Part shown: positions 61,966 through 64,000 of the stretch, in pieces | How positions within the stretch are numbered: the stretch's first letter is position 1 | How the letters are laid out: each line of letters opens with the position of its first letter | NCBI RefSeq assembly: GCF_009914755.1 | Contig: NC_060946.1 | DNA from: the human T2T-CHM13v2.0 reference genome, Homo sapiens | Length of the DNA: 64,000 nt | Strand: one strand, 5' to 3' | Program-made: the position numbers and the translations under genes | The notes under the pieces: generated by a model | What the model was told of the DNA's origin: nothing | What the model saw: only the letters and a program-made list of their open reading frames with translations | The model's database searches: none

Positions 61966-63292
61966 GTAAGTCCCACCGCACCGCCCATCAGCGCCTCCTT
62001 CCTGTGCACAGGGACTGCAGGCGTCTGGCCTGAGTAGGGCCTGACAGCCACAGCCCACGGGTTTGCCTTGGCTTTGTTGCAGTGATAAAGGCCTTTGCTA
62101 TGGCTAAGCTGACATTTTCCATTCTTTGCTTAATTTTAAGCTTGGTTTGACAGGACTGGCAGAAAACAAGAATAGGTAATAATTATGACAACTATATTTT
62201 TTCCTCAGATTTTATTAGAAAATCTTTCTATGTTCCAGCCTGTGATATAGAAAGGTTTCAGCATAGATGGTTGTTTCAACTCCGAGGAGTTGAAACAGGG
62301 AAATATGTTTTAAATTTGTTTCAAATATGCTGAAAACAAGGACATATGTTTGACCAAGTTTTTTTTTTTTTTTTTGTAAGTATTAGTAGCGCTGTTAGGA
62401 AAAGAGAAGAAATGGATGAGACAAGTGGTTTGTGTTTCTGTGGGTGAGAGAAGTGGTTTGTGTTTCTGTGGTGGAGTGTGGAGTTCTGGCTGCCGCAGCT
62501 CTGGCGCTCAGCTGCCGGTCTGGAAGTCCTTGGGGAAAGGTTGGGGTAGGCGGTGGTGACATCAGCAATGCCCTCGTACACTTAGCTCAGGCTTGCCGTT
62601 GGAAGTGAGTTTGGCCCTGCCCACCATTTCAGAATTGTTTATAGACAGTTTTCTTCTCTTTTCCTTTTTCATTATTTTTGGAGCTAAGTCAATAGGGAGC
62701 TCTAAGTGTTTACTCTAAACTGGGTCTGACTTTTAGTATTTAAGACTCTTTCTGGCTAATGAGCCTTAATAAGTTTGCAGCTTAGTACCTCGTAATCCTA
62801 AATGCAGACGCAGCTCTGAACAGCGAATATTTATTGATTAAATATTCTTTTGCAATTAAAATTAGACTTGCTGCCATTGCTTATGTTTTTGTTTTGTGCT
62901 TTTTTATTTTAACCTAGTTTTCCAGTTTATATCCAGTTTTCTAAATGTCCCCTAAGATAGGTTGCAGACTTCTCAGGTTGGTTTGTAGGAAGTTATGATG
63001 AAAACACCGAATTGCCGTTTTCTATTTATTAAGGATGTGCCGTGTCTAGGGGGAAAGTCTCATGTGAGTTATTTTATACTGTGCTTTCTCCTCTAATTCT
63101 CAGCCTCTGCGGGTTGTGGTTCCGCTTCCCTAATGTGTGTAGCACAGGGGTTGATGTGGACATGGACACTCTGATTTCAGTAGACAGAGGAGCACAAGGG
63201 GAGGTGACAGCCCCACTCTGCTGGTTGTGGACAGGAGGGCAGGTGGGTGTAGGTGGAGTCTGACCCAGGAACCCCGGCGAGGCAAGTGAGAG

Positions 63293-63692
63293 TGTGAACC
63301 CAGGAGATCTGAGACTGGTCTCAGTTGATTTAGAAAGTTTATTTTGCCAAGGTTGAGGGCGCACTGGCGACGCAGCCTTAGGAGATCCTGACGACATGTG
63401 CCCAAGGTGGTCGGGGCACAGCTTGGTTTTATACACTTAGGGAGACATGAGACATCCATCAGTACATGTAAGAAGTGGCGAGGGAGCTTCCAGGTCACAG
63501 ATAGGTGATACACGAATGGTTACATTCTTTTGAGTTTCTGATTAGCCTTTCCAAAGGAGGCAAATCAGGTGTGCATCTGTCTCAGTGAGCAGAGGAGTGA
63601 CTTTGAATAAAATGGGAGGCAGGTTTGCCCTAAGCAGTTTCTAGCTTGAGTTTTTTATAGTGATCTTGGGGGCCCAAGCATTTTCCTTCACA
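63293..63692 (-). mobile_element. ERV1 solo LTR, MER4A1-like
   Basis: tgtgaaccc...tctgagactggtctcagttgatttagaaagtttattttgccaaggttgagg...gacatgtgcccaaggtggtcggggcacagcttggttttatac...ttcaca; 4-bp TSD AGAG (63289 and 63693), typical of ERV1. Confidence 0.9.
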
Positions 63693-64000
63693 AGAGAAAG
63701 CCTGAGCATTCTCAGAGCGTTGACTTATGAAGGGACAGGCACATGTAGTCCTTTAACCATCATAGCTTGCAGGGGCCTTTGCTTGGGAGACGGAGATGAA
63801 TTAGACACTAGCCTGCCATTAGGAGGAGGTCGGGTGCTGCAGACTTGTGGTGGGACAGTGGTGGTGGAGGCCAGACTGCATGCTATAGGATGGACAGGAC
63901 ACGAGTATGAACCAGGGGGTGGAGGAGTACCACAGCGTGGGGGCAGTTTAGTACAGAGGGTCAGCTTCTGCTAAGAGGGGACTTCACACCTGGGATCTGC

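Noticed and set aside
61822-62037. 71-aa ORF as a stand-alone gene
   Set aside because: Only 61895-61965 is bounded by splice sites; the rest is intronic read-through.

Overview
Primate (very probably human) genomic DNA lying almost entirely inside one long intron of TBC1D22A (22q13.31, + strand). The only coding sequence I can support is a 71-nt internal exon at 61895-61965 (ELRRLSWSGIPKPVRPMTWKLLS, start of the Rab-GAP TBC domain). The rest is transposon fossil record and simple repeats: an antisense L1PA-type LINE (1-5235), a near full-length old sense L1MA with five nested insertions (16655-24425), a near full-length Tigger4/Zombi DNA transposon (47847-50954), a nested L1M/L1PA/Alu/MST cluster (52950-58215), a MER4A1 solo LTR, 12 Alu copies or fragments, and MIR/L2/MER33 remnants. 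There is also a 34-copy 51/52-bp CpG-rich VNTR (41371-43115) and a ~890-bp G/A-rich repeat just upstream of the exon. I found no new gene system, RNA gene or CRISPR array; the long ORFs are artefacts of L1 and tandem repeats. The most unusual signals are a multi-switch inverted templated insertion copied from a donor 2 kb away (58763-58850), an unexplained 32-bp dispersed duplicate with a hairpin (13260/14086), the variant-coded higher-order structure of the VNTR, and candidate poison-exon and recursive splice sites. Repeat subfamily names come from recalled consensus sequences and need RepeatMasker/Dfam confirmation.
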